NCBI GenBank assembly: GCA_042408205.1
Contig: JBHOQK010000011.1
Coordinates: 6,348 to 70,347 of the forward strand
DNA length: 64,000 nt
Reading direction: 5' to 3'
Origin: Dehalococcoidia bacterium
GTDB lineage: Bacteria; Chloroflexota; Dehalococcoidia; GIF9; DYGU01
Shown piece after piece: positions 49,168 to 59,414 of the stretch; position 1 is the first letter of the stretch, and each line of letters begins with the position of its first letter. The position numbers and the translations under genes are program-made. The notes below the pieces were generated by a model. It did not search any database, was not told the origin of the DNA, and saw nothing but the letters and a program-made list of their open reading frames with translations.

Positions 49168-49808
49168 TTGAATTTTCCAATTTTTAATGTAGTGTTATTT
49201 TTAATTGGGGCAAAGGAATAGCGGTGAATAGAAGAAGGTCCTAAGCGTTGTAAACAAGTTAAATGTTCTTGAGTCGCATAACCTTTATGGCGAGCCAAGC
49301 CGTAACCTGGATAAATTTGGTCAAGTTCTTTCATAATTTTGTCTCGGGTAACTTTGGCTAAAATAGACGCGCAAGCAATTGAGAAACAAATTTTGTCACC
49401 TCGGATTATTTTACGTTGAGGTATAGCTAAGTTAGGCAAGGCAGTACCATCAATGAGGAGGAAATGGGGTTGACAAGATAATTGACGGATAGAAGCCTCC
49501 ATTGCCAGCCAAGTAGCTTTGAGAATACCTAAAGAATCTATATCTTGTGGAGAAACAATACCAGTACCAATAGCGATAGCTTCATTTTGGATAGCCTGAT
49601 AGAGAAATTCACGGCGAGATGGATGAAGCTGCTTACTATCCCGAACAAGACCGAGCCAGACAGGATTGAAATCAGAGGGTAATATAACGGCACACGCTAC
49701 TACAGGACCAGCTAAAGCCCCTCGCCCCGCTTCATCAACCCCAGCAACCAAATGATAACCCAAAGACCAGAGTTGTTTTTCTTCATTAAAGTTTGGCAAA
49801 AGGGACAT
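49164..49808 (-). CDS. rnhB: Ribonuclease HII.
   Basis: The active-site motif GVDEAGRGALAGPVV is present. The gene overlaps yraN by 4 nt. Confidence 0.85.
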   Translation of the reverse strand: MSLLPNFNEEKQLWSLGYHLVAGVDEAGRGALAGPVVACAVILPSDFNPVWLGLVRDSKQLHPSRREFLYQAIQNEAIAIGTGIVSPQDIDSLGILKATWLAMEASIRQLSCQPHFLLIDGTALPNLAIPQRKIIRGDKICFSIACASILAKVTRDKIMKELDQIYPGYGLARHKGYATQEHLTCLQRLGPSSIHRYSFAPIKNNTTLKIGKFK

Positions 49809-49830
49809 AATTTTAACTCTTTTCTTATAG

Positions 49831-50916
49831 TCAAGACTTCGAAATTAGTTCTGGCTCACAAATGGTTCCACCTCCAAGTACTTCATCCCCTTGATAGAAA
49901 ACAACAGCCTGACCTGGAGTAACGGCTCGTTGAGGTTGGTCAAAAATTACTTCCACAAAATCGGAATAAGGAAAAAGAATAGCTGCTGCTTCTGGAGACT
50001 TATAACGTATTTTAGCCGTAATAGCTATAGGCTCTGACGGCATTATCCCTGAAACCCATCTCACCTTATAAGCAACAAGTCTTTGAGTATAAAGCTTATC
50101 TTCTGTGCCAACAATGATTTGATTTAATTTTGGGTCTAATCTCAGGACATAGAGACGCTCGTTGGAATGGGTTTTAGCCGGATACCTTTGCCCAATTGTA
50201 TAACCAAATATTCCTTGATGTTTTCCTATGACTCTACCTTCCACATCAACCACATCACCTGGAGAAAATACCAGAAAACTACTGAGAAAATTGCGGTAGT
50301 CGTTAAAGATAAAACACAAGTCTTGGCTATCTGGTTTGTCAGCAACAGGTAGGCCTTTCTCCCGAGCTAATTGTCTAACCTTAATTTTGGAATAATTACC
50401 TAAAGGGAAGAGAAGATGCTTAAGTTCTTCCTGACCCAGAGTATAAAGGAAGTAAGATTGGTCTTTTTTTGTGTCTACGGCTTTCAAGAGATGATAACGA
50501 TTTTGCCAGAAAGTAATTCGGGCATAATGGCCAGTAGCTAAGTAGTTGGCATCTAAAGCCAGACATCGTTGAAGTAGAAAGTGAAACTTTATATATTGAT
50601 TACAGGCGATGCAAGGATTAGGAGTGTGCCCTTGCTGGTATTCTCGACAAAAATAATCGATCACGTATTGTTGAAATTCCTCCTCTAAATTAAGGACATA
50701 AAAAGGAATATTTAAAAGATGACAGACTCGCTCTGCATCGTAGATACTGGTGATAGAACAGCAAGGGCGTCTTTGATTCACAGGTCTCCCCTTTTCTTCA
50801 CACCATAGACGCATAGTTACACCAATAACTTTGTAGCCTTCTTCTTTAAGGAGAAAAGCAGCTACCGAAGAATCAACACCACCACTTAAAGCAACGACTA
50901 CTTTTGTTTTAGGCAT
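49831..50916 (-). CDS. mnmA: tRNA-specific 2-thiouridylase.
   Basis: The PP-loop VVALSGGVDSSV is present. The protein is 361 aa. Confidence 0.85.
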   Translation of the reverse strand: MPKTKVVVALSGGVDSSVAAFLLKEEGYKVIGVTMRLWCEEKGRPVNQRRPCCSITSIYDAERVCHLLNIPFYVLNLEEEFQQYVIDYFCREYQQGHTPNPCIACNQYIKFHFLLQRCLALDANYLATGHYARITFWQNRYHLLKAVDTKKDQSYFLYTLGQEELKHLLFPLGNYSKIKVRQLAREKGLPVADKPDSQDLCFIFNDYRNFLSSFLVFSPGDVVDVEGRVIGKHQGIFGYTIGQRYPAKTHSNERLYVLRLDPKLNQIIVGTEDKLYTQRLVAYKVRWVSGIMPSEPIAITAKIRYKSPEAAAILFPYSDFVEVIFDQPQRAVTPGQAVVFYQGDEVLGGGTICEPELISKS

Positions 50917-51548
50917 GTCTTAAGAATACCTTTTGTAGATAACAATTGGCTAACTTTTTCCCAAACAATTTTAGCAATTCTTTGCTTAGACAAAGTAGCA
51001 TCTATTACTACCCACCGCTCTGGCTCTTCAGCTGCTAACTTTAAATAACCTTCCCTAACCCGCCGGTGGAAATCAAGACTTTCTTGTTCAAACCGGTCTA
51101 ATCTCTTACCCCCACGCCGAGCTAAACCAGATTCCACAGGAAGGTCAAGAAGAATGGTTAGATCTGGCTTTAGCCCTTGTGTTACTAGAGCGTTTATACC
51201 TCTAATTATGTCTAAGTCAATCCCCCTACCATAACCTTGATAAGCTAAAGTAGAATCAGCAAATCGGTCGCAAAGGATTATCTTTCCCTCTTTTAATTTA
51301 GGATAGATTACTTCAGTTACTAATTGAGCTCGAGCAGAAGCAAAAAGAAGTAACTCAGAAATAACAGAAGGAGCCTTGGGACGATTTTTTTTAAGGGTAT
51401 GTCTGATTTCTCTGCCTAAAGGAGTACCACCTGGTTCATGGGTAAGAACTACTGGAACATCTTGCTGGCGAAGCTTGAACGCTAAAGCTTTAGCTTGAGT
51501 ACTCTTACCACAGCCTTCAATACCTTCAAAAGTAATAAAAAGACTCAA
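50898..51548 (-). CDS. tmk: Thymidylate kinase.
   Basis: The P-loop FITFEGIEGCGKST is present. Confidence 0.85.
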   Translation of the reverse strand: MSLFITFEGIEGCGKSTQAKALAFKLRQQDVPVVLTHEPGGTPLGREIRHTLKKNRPKAPSVISELLLFASARAQLVTEVIYPKLKEGKIILCDRFADSTLAYQGYGRGIDLDIIRGINALVTQGLKPDLTILLDLPVESGLARRGGKRLDRFEQESLDFHRRVREGYLKLAAEEPERWVVIDATLSKQRIAKIVWEKVSQLLSTKGILKTCLKQK

Positions 51549-51558
51549 AAGCTATCCT

Positions 51559-52989
51559 TTAATCTGCAAGCTTCTTGGAAACGACTGCCCGTTTCTTGAG
51601 TTCTTTAGACTGAGCAGGAGCATAGTGTTCAGTCAAAAGATGCTGAAGACGACGGACAAAAGTATTTTGAGGACTGACAGATTCAGCCTGTAAAGGATAA
51701 AGAGTATTAAGGCATTGTCTTATGTGATGGAGATTATTACTTTTGAGGACATAAATAGGTATGCCAGAAGCCTCAGCATCACGGATTTTTTGAGGTTTTC
51801 GTCGGTAATAATTTCGGGTAGTCAAGAAGAAGTCGGCTTCTTTTAAATCAGACACAATTTCTAAAGAAAGCTGTCTGTCTCTGGCGACTTGCTCAACTCG
51901 GGATCGATTGACGCCAAAAAGATATAACCGGGGTAACTTTCTGGGTAAAGTTGTCTTTTTTAGTTGAGGAAGCGAGGAAGGTGTAGCTTTAGCTTTTCTT
52001 ATTCTACCGCTTTTATCCACCCAGCGGACTTCAGCTTCAGGAAATTGCCCAGACAAAATAGCGTCAACGGCGTTAGCCACATTAGGGTGAATAATGACTC
52101 TGTCCCGGTCTTGAATTTCAACAACTATCTGAAAAGTTGGGGGAGCTTTTCTCTCTAAAATAGATTTTTGGGTACCCCGCCTTTTGGCTTCCTCATCCCC
52201 TAAAGTTACCGTTTGGATACCACCCACCAGGTCAGAAAGGGTAGGGTTTAGGATAAGATTTTCTAAGGTATTTCCATGGGCAGTACCAATTAATTGGACA
52301 CCTCGTTCAGCAATAGTTCTGGCTGCCTGGGCTTCAAGCTCAGTGCCAATCTCATCAATTATAATAACCTCAGGCATATGATTTTCTACAGCCTCAATCA
52401 TCACCGCATGTTGCTTTTCCGGCACTGGCACCTGCAGTCTTCGAGCATGTCCGATTGCTGGATGAGGGATATCACCATCTCCAGCAATTTCATTGGAGGT
52501 ATCAACAACAATTACTCTCTTTTTGAGATCGTCAGCCAAAACTCTGGCAACTTCCCGAAGCATGGTTGTTTTACCTACCCCAGGTCTTCCCAAGAGAAGG
52601 ACACTTTTTCCCGACTCCACTAAGTCTTGAATTATCTTTACAGTTCCAAAAACAGCTCGACCAACCCGACAGGTCAGCCCGATAATACGTCCTTCACGAT
52701 TACGTATAGCTGAAATGCGATGCAACGTGCGTTCAATCCCAGCCCGGTTATCACCATTAAAACTACCGACACGATGGATAACATATTCTATATCGGCTAA
52801 CGTAACTTCCTTCGGGGAAAGAAGTAGTTCCCGTTGAGGAAAACGAGCCTCGGGAGGACGACCCAAGTCTAAAATTACTTCAAGTAATTCACTACAGTCA
52901 GGCTGCTTAGATAATGCCTCTCGGATAGGGGGAGGTAAGACATTAAGTAAAGCATCCAAATCATCAGTAATTACCTTCTCTAAAGCCAT
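51559..52989 (-). CDS. P-loop ATPase related to SpoIIIAA/Ycf45 (putative R3H-type nucleic-acid-binding ATPase).
   Basis: Walker [10 protein letters not shown] and Walker B VIIIDEIG are present. The protein is 476 aa. Confidence 0.55.
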   Translation of the reverse strand: MALEKVITDDLDALLNVLPPPIREALSKQPDCSELLEVILDLGRPPEARFPQRELLLSPKEVTLADIEYVIHRVGSFNGDNRAGIERTLHRISAIRNREGRIIGLTCRVGRAVFGTVKIIQDLVESGKSVLLLGRPGVGKTTMLREVARVLADDLKKRVIVVDTSNEIAGDGDIPHPAIGHARRLQVPVPEKQHAVMIEAVENHMPEVIIIDEIGTELEAQAARTIAERGVQLIGTAHGNTLENLILNPTLSDLVGGIQTVTLGDEEAKRRGTQKSILERKAPPTFQIVVEIQDRDRVIIHPNVANAVDAILSGQFPEAEVRWVDKSGRIRKAKATPSSLPQLKKTTLPRKLPRLYLFGVNRSRVEQVARDRQLSLEIVSDLKEADFFLTTRNYYRRKPQKIRDAEASGIPIYVLKSNNLHHIRQCLNTLYPLQAESVSPQNTFVRRLQHLLTEHYAPAQSKELKKRAVVSKKLAD

Positions 52990-52992
52990 AAC

Positions 52993-53574
52993 TTAAACCG
53001 TTTTACCTCGAACTAAGCTAAGAAAATATTCGTGAAATCTCAAGTCATCCGTAAGCTCCGGATGGAAAGCACAAGCCAATAATTTGCCCTGCCTTACGGC
53101 TACCGGTCTATCCCCATTTAATTGACATAAGATATCAACACCAGCATTTACTTTGGTTATTAGCGGAGCTCTAATAAAGATGCCACGAAATTTATCTTGA
53201 CCCAGAACAGGAATAAATAGGTCCGTTTCAAAACTATCTCTCTGCCTGCCAAAGGCATTACGCTTGACTTCAATATTTAGCACTCCTAAAGGTGTGACAA
53301 TAGTATCAGTTACTTTTTTAGCCAATAAAATCATTCCAGCGCAAGTACCAAAAATGGGAAAACCCTGATTAGCAAGTTCCTTGATCGGTTCGGCAAGGTT
53401 ATAATCCAACATTAATCGCATCATGGTAGTGCTTTCGCCTCCAGGAATTATTAGGCCATCTAAACCATATAACTCTTTAGGCAAACGTACTTCCCTTGTC
53501 TTAACACCAAGTCGATTAAGCATAATGATATGTTCGGAGACAGCTCCCTGGAGAGAAAGGACACCAATTTCCAT
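52993..53574 (-). CDS. pdxT: Pyridoxal 5'-phosphate synthase glutaminase subunit.
   Basis: The start is taken at MEIGVLSLQGAV rather than the upstream ORF start. The catalytic Cys is in GTCAGMIL. The gene overlaps the pdxS stop. Confidence 0.85.
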   Translation of the reverse strand: MEIGVLSLQGAVSEHIIMLNRLGVKTREVRLPKELYGLDGLIIPGGESTTMMRLMLDYNLAEPIKELANQGFPIFGTCAGMILLAKKVTDTIVTPLGVLNIEVKRNAFGRQRDSFETDLFIPVLGQDKFRGIFIRAPLITKVNAGVDILCQLNGDRPVAVRQGKLLACAFHPELTDDLRFHEYFLSLVRGKTV

Positions 53575-53575
53575 T

Positions 53576-54466
53576 TTACCAGCCTCGGGGTGCCAATAAC
53601 TCTTGCGGCGGAATTGTCCGTATATCAATTCCTGGCATAGGAGCCCCTAAAGCTTTAGACACCTCAGCAATGATAGCAGGATCACGGTAATGAGTGGTGG
53701 CTTTCACTATAGCCTTAGCCCTGGCTTCAGGATTAGCTGATTTGAAAATTCCAGAACCAACAAAAACACCATCAGCTCCTAATTGCATCATTAGAGCAGC
53801 ATCAGCTGGTGTAGCTATACCACCAGCAGCAAAATTAACCACAGGTAACTTCCCGGTTTTATGTATTTCCATTACCAGTTCTAAAGGAGCACCCAAGGCT
53901 TTAGCTTCAGCAGGTAATTCATCCACAGGTAAAGCTTGAATTCGGCGGATACCATCCTGAACAGCTCGCATATGCCTAACGGCTTCGACAATGTTACCAG
54001 TACCCGCCTCCCCTTTAGTACGAATCATAGCTGCCCCCTCAGCAATTCTACGTAAAGCTTCGCCCAAATCTCGGCAACCACAGACAAAAGGAACCTTAAA
54101 GTCATGTTTCCAAATATGATGACTTTCATCAGCTGGAGTGAGAACTTCTGATTCATCAATAAAGTCAACCCCGAGAGCTTCCAGTACTTGAGCTTCAACA
54201 AAATGTCCAATGCGACATTTAGCCATAACCGGAATAGTTACAGCTTCCATTATAGCTAAGATTATGGCTGGGTCAGCCATTCGGGCAACTCCACCGGCAG
54301 CTCTTATATCGGCAGGCACCCTCTCCAATGCCATAACGGCACACGCCCCAGCCTCTTCAGCAATCTTCGCTTGTTCTGGGGTAACTACATCCATAATTAC
54401 CCCACCCTTAAGCATCTGGGCTAATCCAGCCTTCACTTTCCAAGTTCCTTTGTCTAGTATTAGCAT
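53576..54466 (-). CDS. pdxS: Pyridoxal 5'-phosphate synthase lyase subunit.
   Basis: The N-terminus [40 protein letters not shown] matches PdxS. Confidence 0.9.
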   Translation of the reverse strand: MLILDKGTWKVKAGLAQMLKGGVIMDVVTPEQAKIAEEAGACAVMALERVPADIRAAGGVARMADPAIILAIMEAVTIPVMAKCRIGHFVEAQVLEALGVDFIDESEVLTPADESHHIWKHDFKVPFVCGCRDLGEALRRIAEGAAMIRTKGEAGTGNIVEAVRHMRAVQDGIRRIQALPVDELPAEAKALGAPLELVMEIHKTGKLPVVNFAAGGIATPADAALMMQLGADGVFVGSGIFKSANPEARAKAIVKATTHYRDPAIIAEVSKALGAPMPGIDIRTIPPQELLAPRGW

Positions 54467-54578
54467 ACTGTTTTGCCTTAATTTAAATTGAGCATCTAAG
54501 TGCCCTTTTGTTTATATTTTACTCTTGCCGTATTATTCAAGCAAGTCAACCTGCGTTGCCTTTACTTTAATAGTAAAA

Positions 54579-55448
54579 TTAATTGACATTGCTAATGTGA
54601 GGGATAAATGCTTCCACAATCATCCATGTTGCTAACCCCGTCAGAACAATAGCTAATATTATCTTGAGTCTTGGCACACTAATACGGACAGAAAAAGCTT
54701 GCCCTAGCAAAGCTCCCAGGAAAGTTATCACCATTAAAGGGAGTGCTAACCAAATATTAAAAGTAATTCCACTAAACACATGCCCCAAAAAACCAGATAA
54801 GGCAACTATCCCAACATAAGTTGAGGAAATACCGATAGCAATCCGGGTGGGGCAACCTAACAATAATATTAACAGCGGTAAAAGAAATAACCCGCCGCCT
54901 ATTCCAACCATGGCAGCTAAGAAACTTATTAGAGAGGCAGTTGGAATAAGTACTAACATAGAGATGCGGTACTGATACTCACCGCAGCATCTATTCCAAC
55001 ATCCCCAATTAGGTACAAAGCGTAAGCTTTGCCCCCCCTCAGAAAACCTGAATAGGAAAGGAACAGCCACAATAAGAATTGCAGACAAAACAAATTTCAA
55101 GATTAACGGATTTATCCAGTGAGCAATATAGCCCCCAACCAAAGAGCTCAAAAAAGATAGAGGTATAATAGCAGTCAATAGTCCCCAGTCCACTAATTTC
55201 TTATAACCGAAGAATAGAGTAGAAGGAATACTACTCCCTATAATCATGAGCAAACTTAGAGGAACAGCTTCGCGGAAAGGTATACCTGCTGCTATCAGGA
55301 TAGGTACATAGACAACTCCTCCTCCTATCCCAACCATGGAGAAAAGGACAACTAATAAAGCTATAGGTACACAGATAAAGACAATGGTTTTAATGAGCAT
55401 CGTAACTCCGAGTGATAATAAATTATAATGACCTTGGTAGTAAGTCAA
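54579..55448 (-). CDS. TauE/SafE-family anion exporter (membrane protein).
   Basis: The protein shows two repeated 4-TM halves with Gly-rich motifs. Confidence 0.6.
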   Translation of the reverse strand: MTYYQGHYNLLSLGVTMLIKTIVFICVPIALLVVLFSMVGIGGGVVYVPILIAAGIPFREAVPLSLLMIIGSSIPSTLFFGYKKLVDWGLLTAIIPLSFLSSLVGGYIAHWINPLILKFVLSAILIVAVPFLFRFSEGGQSLRFVPNWGCWNRCCGEYQYRISMLVLIPTASLISFLAAMVGIGGGLFLLPLLILLLGCPTRIAIGISSTYVGIVALSGFLGHVFSGITFNIWLALPLMVITFLGALLGQAFSVRISVPRLKIILAIVLTGLATWMIVEAFIPHISNVN

Positions 55449-55494
55449 TAAATAAAGGTAGATTGCAGCCGTATTAAGGTCTATCTTACAATAG

Positions 55495-56730
55495 TTGCTT
55501 AGGAGAAAGCCTGTGAAACGAAAGTATAATTCCTTGACTACTTGGATTTATCGCTTCTGGTCCAGAGTACCACCAGTTAAGCATCCATCTGTTAATCACG
55601 CAAATAAGTCCGGTAATGCCTATACCCTTAGCGAATGGGCGGGAGCTTTCGGTGACTTAGGTACTCTTATCCCTTTTGTAGTGGCTTATATTTCAGTAAT
55701 GAAGTTAAATCCTGTGGGAATCCTTGGAGCTTTTGGAGTGGCTATGATTGCCATAGGTCTTTTCTACAAAACCCCTGTTCCGGTACAGCCTATGAAGGCT
55801 ATTGGGGCAGCGGCCATTGCCCACTCAGGTACTATAACTCCTGGAATGGTTTACGGGGCTGGTTTAGTCACAGGATTCGTTTGGTTAGTGTTAGGGATTA
55901 CCAACCTGATAGGAGTAGTAACCAAGTTGATAGCTAAGCCTGTAGTACGGGGCATAATGCTCGGTTTAGGCTTACTTCTTATCGCTGAAGGAATAAAAAT
56001 GATGCTGTCCAGTCTCTGGATAGCCGGTATGATGGTGACGGTTACCTTTTTTCTTTTATCCAACCCAAGGATACCAGTTATGTTTGTGTTATTAATAGTT
56101 GGAGGAATGATAGCTTTGTGGAAAGAACCAAATATAGTTAGAGAGCTTTCCCAATCGATTTTTAGTTTTCATTTTCCAGGCTTTGCTTTGGCAAGCCTTA
56201 GTTGGCGAGATATAGTTCAGGGGGCTTTTTTCTTAGCTCTTCCACAAATTCCTCTTACTCTGGGTAATGCTATCATCGCTACTGCTGAAGAGCATAACGA
56301 ACTCTTTCCCCATCGTAAGCTCTCAGAACGAAAACTTTCTATTACTACTGGGCTTATGAATATTTTTTCACCCATAGTTGGCGGTGTCCCTATGTGCCAT
56401 GGAGCCGGGGGCATGGCAGGACATGTCCGCTTTGGAGCACGAACCGGCGGAGCCTTAGTAATTCTTGGATCCCTTATCCTTGTGATAGCTATTTTCTGGG
56501 GTAATTCAATAAACGTGTTTTTTAAAATGTTTCCTCAGGTGATCCTTGGGGTAATCTTATTCTTTGCCGGAGCCGAACTGGCTGTCACAGCCTGGGATAC
56601 AGATATTCAGAAAAAAGATCTTTATGTGATGATAACCACTACCGGATTAGCCATGTGGAATATGCTGGCTGCCTTTATTGTCGGAATAGGACTTTATAAC
56701 TTACTTCGTCGAGGTTGGGTTAAGCTTTAA
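55495..56730 (+). CDS. SulP-related anion transporter, possibly of the MOT1-like molybdate/tungstate type.
   Basis: The protein is polytopic. The motif PMCHGAGGMAGHVRFGARTGGA resembles the conserved MOT1-family motif as recalled from memory, and the match is uncertain. Confidence 0.4.
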   Translation: MLRRKPVKRKYNSLTTWIYRFWSRVPPVKHPSVNHANKSGNAYTLSEWAGAFGDLGTLIPFVVAYISVMKLNPVGILGAFGVAMIAIGLFYKTPVPVQPMKAIGAAAIAHSGTITPGMVYGAGLVTGFVWLVLGITNLIGVVTKLIAKPVVRGIMLGLGLLLIAEGIKMMLSSLWIAGMMVTVTFFLLSNPRIPVMFVLLIVGGMIALWKEPNIVRELSQSIFSFHFPGFALASLSWRDIVQGAFFLALPQIPLTLGNAIIATAEEHNELFPHRKLSERKLSITTGLMNIFSPIVGGVPMCHGAGGMAGHVRFGARTGGALVILGSLILVIAIFWGNSINVFFKMFPQVILGVILFFAGAELAVTAWDTDIQKKDLYVMITTTGLAMWNMLAAFIVGIGLYNLLRRGWVKL

Positions 56731-56739
56731 TAAACAAGT

Positions 56740-56928
56740 TTAATAACTCTTTTTTAATTCCTCTATTTCCTTTTCTATTTCTTTCAGTTCTTCTTCCAAG
56801 TCTTTTTTATATTCCTCCAGCATCTGCAGATATTCTTCCCGACTGGGAAAAGGTCTGGGACCATAGATAAAGAAGCCGAAGGGTGGGAAACCAAAACGAA
56901 AACTCCAATAGCGCCGGCGATGCCACAT
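56740..56928 (-). CDS. Small DUF5320-like protein with an Arg/aromatic/Gly/Pro-rich N-terminus and an acidic coiled-coil C-terminus.
   Basis: The full sequence is MWHRRRYWSFRFGFPPFGFFIYGP...EEYLQMLEEYKKDLEEELKEIEKEIEELKK. Confidence 0.4.
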   Translation of the reverse strand: MWHRRRYWSFRFGFPPFGFFIYGPRPFPSREEYLQMLEEYKKDLEEELKEIEKEIEELKKSY

Positions 56929-56957
56929 CTATATCACCTCCTTCTCTAAGATGCTCT

Positions 56958-57671
56958 TCATAGTATAGGTCGCTTTGCCGGTATTCCAGGACGGCGGGGA
57001 TAATTTAGAGGTGTTGGCTGGGTTTTGTCAATAATTATCAGATATCTTTGGTCATTAAGACCAGCTAAGTCTAACTTTTTAACTTCGCGAAGATTTCCCC
57101 CCAAAATGTTTATGGCTTTAGCAGCAGAAGAAACTTCTTGGCTGATTTCCCCCTTTTTATGAAGTATAACCTGTCCATTTAATTTACAAAAAGGTAAAGT
57201 TAATTCAGCCAAGGTGGGTAGATTAGCCACAGCTCGAGAAAGAACCAAAGAGAATTGCTCCCGATATTGCGGCTGATGGGCTATTTCTTCAGCCCGTCCC
57301 GTTACTATTTCTACCCCCTCTAATTTCAATTGTTTCACCAGATAATGGAGAAAAGCCGTCTTTTTAGCTACTGATTCCAGGAGTACCAGTTTTATTTGGT
57401 CAAAGACTATTTTGAGGGGAAGACCGGGGAAACCAGCTCCAGTGCCGACATCTATAACTTTTAAGCCAGCTGGTATCTGGGTAAGGGCTAAAGTTATTGT
57501 TAGCGAGTCAACAAAATGTTTAACCTGCACCTCGTTATAGTTTGTGATACGGGTAAGGTTTACCTTTTTATTCCACTTTATCAGCTCGTGGTAGTAACAA
57601 TGGAACTGTTCCTGTTGCTGAGGAGTGAGTATTAGTCCGAGGGCAATAGCTCCTGTGATGAGTTTTTCCAT
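56958..57671 (-). CDS. rsmG: 16S rRNA (guanine527-N7)-methyltransferase.
   Basis: The SAM-binding motif VIDVGTGAGFPGLPLKI is present. The protein is 237 aa. Confidence 0.85.
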   Translation of the reverse strand: MEKLITGAIALGLILTPQQQEQFHCYYHELIKWNKKVNLTRITNYNEVQVKHFVDSLTITLALTQIPAGLKVIDVGTGAGFPGLPLKIVFDQIKLVLLESVAKKTAFLHYLVKQLKLEGVEIVTGRAEEIAHQPQYREQFSLVLSRAVANLPTLAELTLPFCKLNGQVILHKKGEISQEVSSAAKAINILGGNLREVKKLDLAGLNDQRYLIIIDKTQPTPLNYPRRPGIPAKRPIL

Positions 57672-57774
57672 ATTACAAATTATACTTTGATATGCCTGAG
57701 ATTGCTATGTTTTTTATTGGGAGAGACTTACTTATGTGGGCAATTTAATCTCTTGATAATAAGCATTGCTTTTT

Positions 57775-57895
57775 GGAAGACCAGGGAAGCCGGCTCCCCT
57801 GCCCACATGGTCAAGAGCCAAAGCTACTGTTAGAGAGTCAACCAAAGTGTTTCAACTACTCATTTAGTCAGTTATACGGGTTAAGTTTACCTGAT
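57775..57895 (-). pseudogene. Degenerate duplicate of the rsmG 5' coding region (residues ~35-85). It is a non-functional remnant.
   Basis: The segment aligns at ~80% nt identity to 57415-57560 of intact rsmG. In rsmG's frame it reads QVNLTRITD*MSS*NTLVDSLTVALALDHVGRGAGFPGLP, against KVNLTRITNYNEVQVKHFVDSLTITLALTQIPAGLKVIDVGTGAGFPGLP in the intact gene. It has in-frame stops and a 27-nt deletion. Confidence 0.7.
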
Positions 57896-57919
57896 AATTT
57901 TCCATCTCAAATAAAGGAC

Positions 57920-57948
57920 TTGATTTAGCTGGTAATTAAGTTTAAACT
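57920..57948 (+). promoter_or_regulatory. Possible sigma-70-like promoter (TTGATT-N17-TAAACT) ~30 bp upstream of the HMGCS::DUF35 start.
   Basis: The hexamers were read from the sequence, and the match to consensus is weak. Confidence 0.25.
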
Positions 57949-57977
57949 ATCATAGTTTTTTCAGAGAAAGGAGAAAA

Positions 57978-59414
57978 TTGGAAGTTGGTATTGTGTCTTT
58001 TGGTGTTTATGTTCCTTTTTATCGTCTAAGCCGGGATTTGATAGCCAAAGCTTGGGGTGGGCGGTCTATTGGAGGTGAAAGAAGTGTCGCCAATTATGAT
58101 GAAGACAGTATCACTATGGCAGTACAGGCGGCTGTCAATTGCTTGGGTGATATAGACCGGAACAAAATTGATGGTTTATTTTTCGCCTCCACCACTTTTC
58201 CCTATAAAGAAAAGCAGTGCTCAAGCATAGTAGCAGGAGCAGTGGATTTGCGACGGGACATTATTACCGTTGATTTTGCCAATTCTTTGCGGGGCAGCAC
58301 TAATGCCTTAAGATTAGCTATCGATACTGTTAGTAACAAGTCAGCCAGAAATGTTCTGGTAGTAGCTGCCGATAGTCGCCTTGGCTACCCGCAGTCCCTG
58401 CATGAACAAAGTTTTGGTGACGGAGCCGCGGCTATTCTTGTAGGAAATTCATCACCTATTGCCTATATAGAAGCTCAAGTATCCATTTCTGACGATATAA
58501 TCGATGTTTGGCGATTAGATACAGATACCTTTGTCCGCTCCTGGGAAGACCGCTGGGTACTCAGTTATGGTTATGCTAAAAATGTGAAAGAAGCTGTATC
58601 ACGAATTATGAAGGAAAATAATTTGGTTGCTGGAGATATAGCGAGGGTAGCCATTTGCGCTCCTGAAGTTAGGAGTCAAAGGGAGCTGGCGCGGGATTTA
58701 GGCTTTACCACCTCTCAGCTTCAAGAACCCTTGTTAGAAAATATAGGCAATACTGGAGCGGCTCATCCACTACTTTTGTTAGCTTTAGCTTTGGACGAAG
58801 CTAAGACTGGAGAAAGGATCCTTTTAGCCAGTTATGGAGATGGAAGTGACGCTTTTCTTTTGCGAGTAACTAAGCCCATCAAAGAAGCTAAAAGCCACCA
58901 AGACATAAAAAGACATTTGGCAACTAAAAAAGCCTTACCCACTTACGAAAAGTATTTAGTTTACCGCCAATTGTTAGCTCAGCCTGAAGAATTTGTCCGT
59001 CTTTTCCCTTCGGCAACAGTAATGTGGCGGACGCGAAATTGGGTCTTAGCTGGTCATGGGAGTAAATGTAAGCGCTGTGGTTTAGTTACTTTTCCTATCC
59101 AACGAATCTGCTACGGCTGTCAGGCTAAAGATGAATACGAAGAAATAAGGCTCACTGACAAAAAGGGAAAAGTTTTTACTTTTTCTTTAGATTATTTGGC
59201 AGGGACTCCTAACCCGCCGGTAATTCAGACCATAGTTGAGTCTGAAGGAGGGGCAAGAATCTATTGTTTAATGACCGATTGCGAGCCTGAAGAAGTTAAA
59301 GTAGATATGCCTGTAGAAATGGTATTCCGCAAATTTCATCAAATTGGTGGTTTCCATAACTATTTCTGGAAGTGTCGTCCAGTAAGGGAGGTATTAAATT
59401 ATGGAGAGCATTAA
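57978..59414 (+). CDS. Archaeal-type HMG-CoA synthase fused to a C-terminal DUF35 domain (full-length paralog of the gene at 1-1245).
   Basis: A TTG start follows AGGAG. The archaeal-HMGCS-type N-terminus VGIVSFGVYVPFYRLSRDLIAKAWGG...NYDEDSITMAVQAA is present. The condensing-enzyme Cys region VVAADSRLG and FGDGAAAILV are present. The C-terminal ribbon is CKRCGLVTFPIQRICYGCQ. Confidence 0.75.
   Translation: MEVGIVSFGVYVPFYRLSRDLIAKAWGGRSIGGERSVANYDEDSITMAVQAAVNCLGDIDRNKIDGLFFASTTFPYKEKQCSSIVAGAVDLRRDIITVDFANSLRGSTNALRLAIDTVSNKSARNVLVVAADSRLGYPQSLHEQSFGDGAAAILVGNSSPIAYIEAQVSISDDIIDVWRLDTDTFVRSWEDRWVLSYGYAKNVKEAVSRIMKENNLVAGDIARVAICAPEVRSQRELARDLGFTTSQLQEPLLENIGNTGAAHPLLLLALALDEAKTGERILLASYGDGSDAFLLRVTKPIKEAKSHQDIKRHLATKKALPTYEKYLVYRQLLAQPEEFVRLFPSATVMWRTRNWVLAGHGSKCKRCGLVTFPIQRICYGCQAKDEYEEIRLTDKKGKVFTFSLDYLAGTPNPPVIQTIVESEGGARIYCLMTDCEPEEVKVDMPVEMVFRKFHQIGGFHNYFWKCRPVREVLNYGEH

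Noticed and set aside
57978-59414. Alternative reading of the HMGCS-like genes as FabH-type KAS III.
   Set aside because: The N-terminal pattern (GIVSFGVYVPFYRL...IAKAWGG...NYDEDSITMAVQAA) and the fused DUF35 domain with an adjacent SCP-x thiolase fit the archaeal HMGCS complex better than FabH. This remains to be confirmed by profile search.
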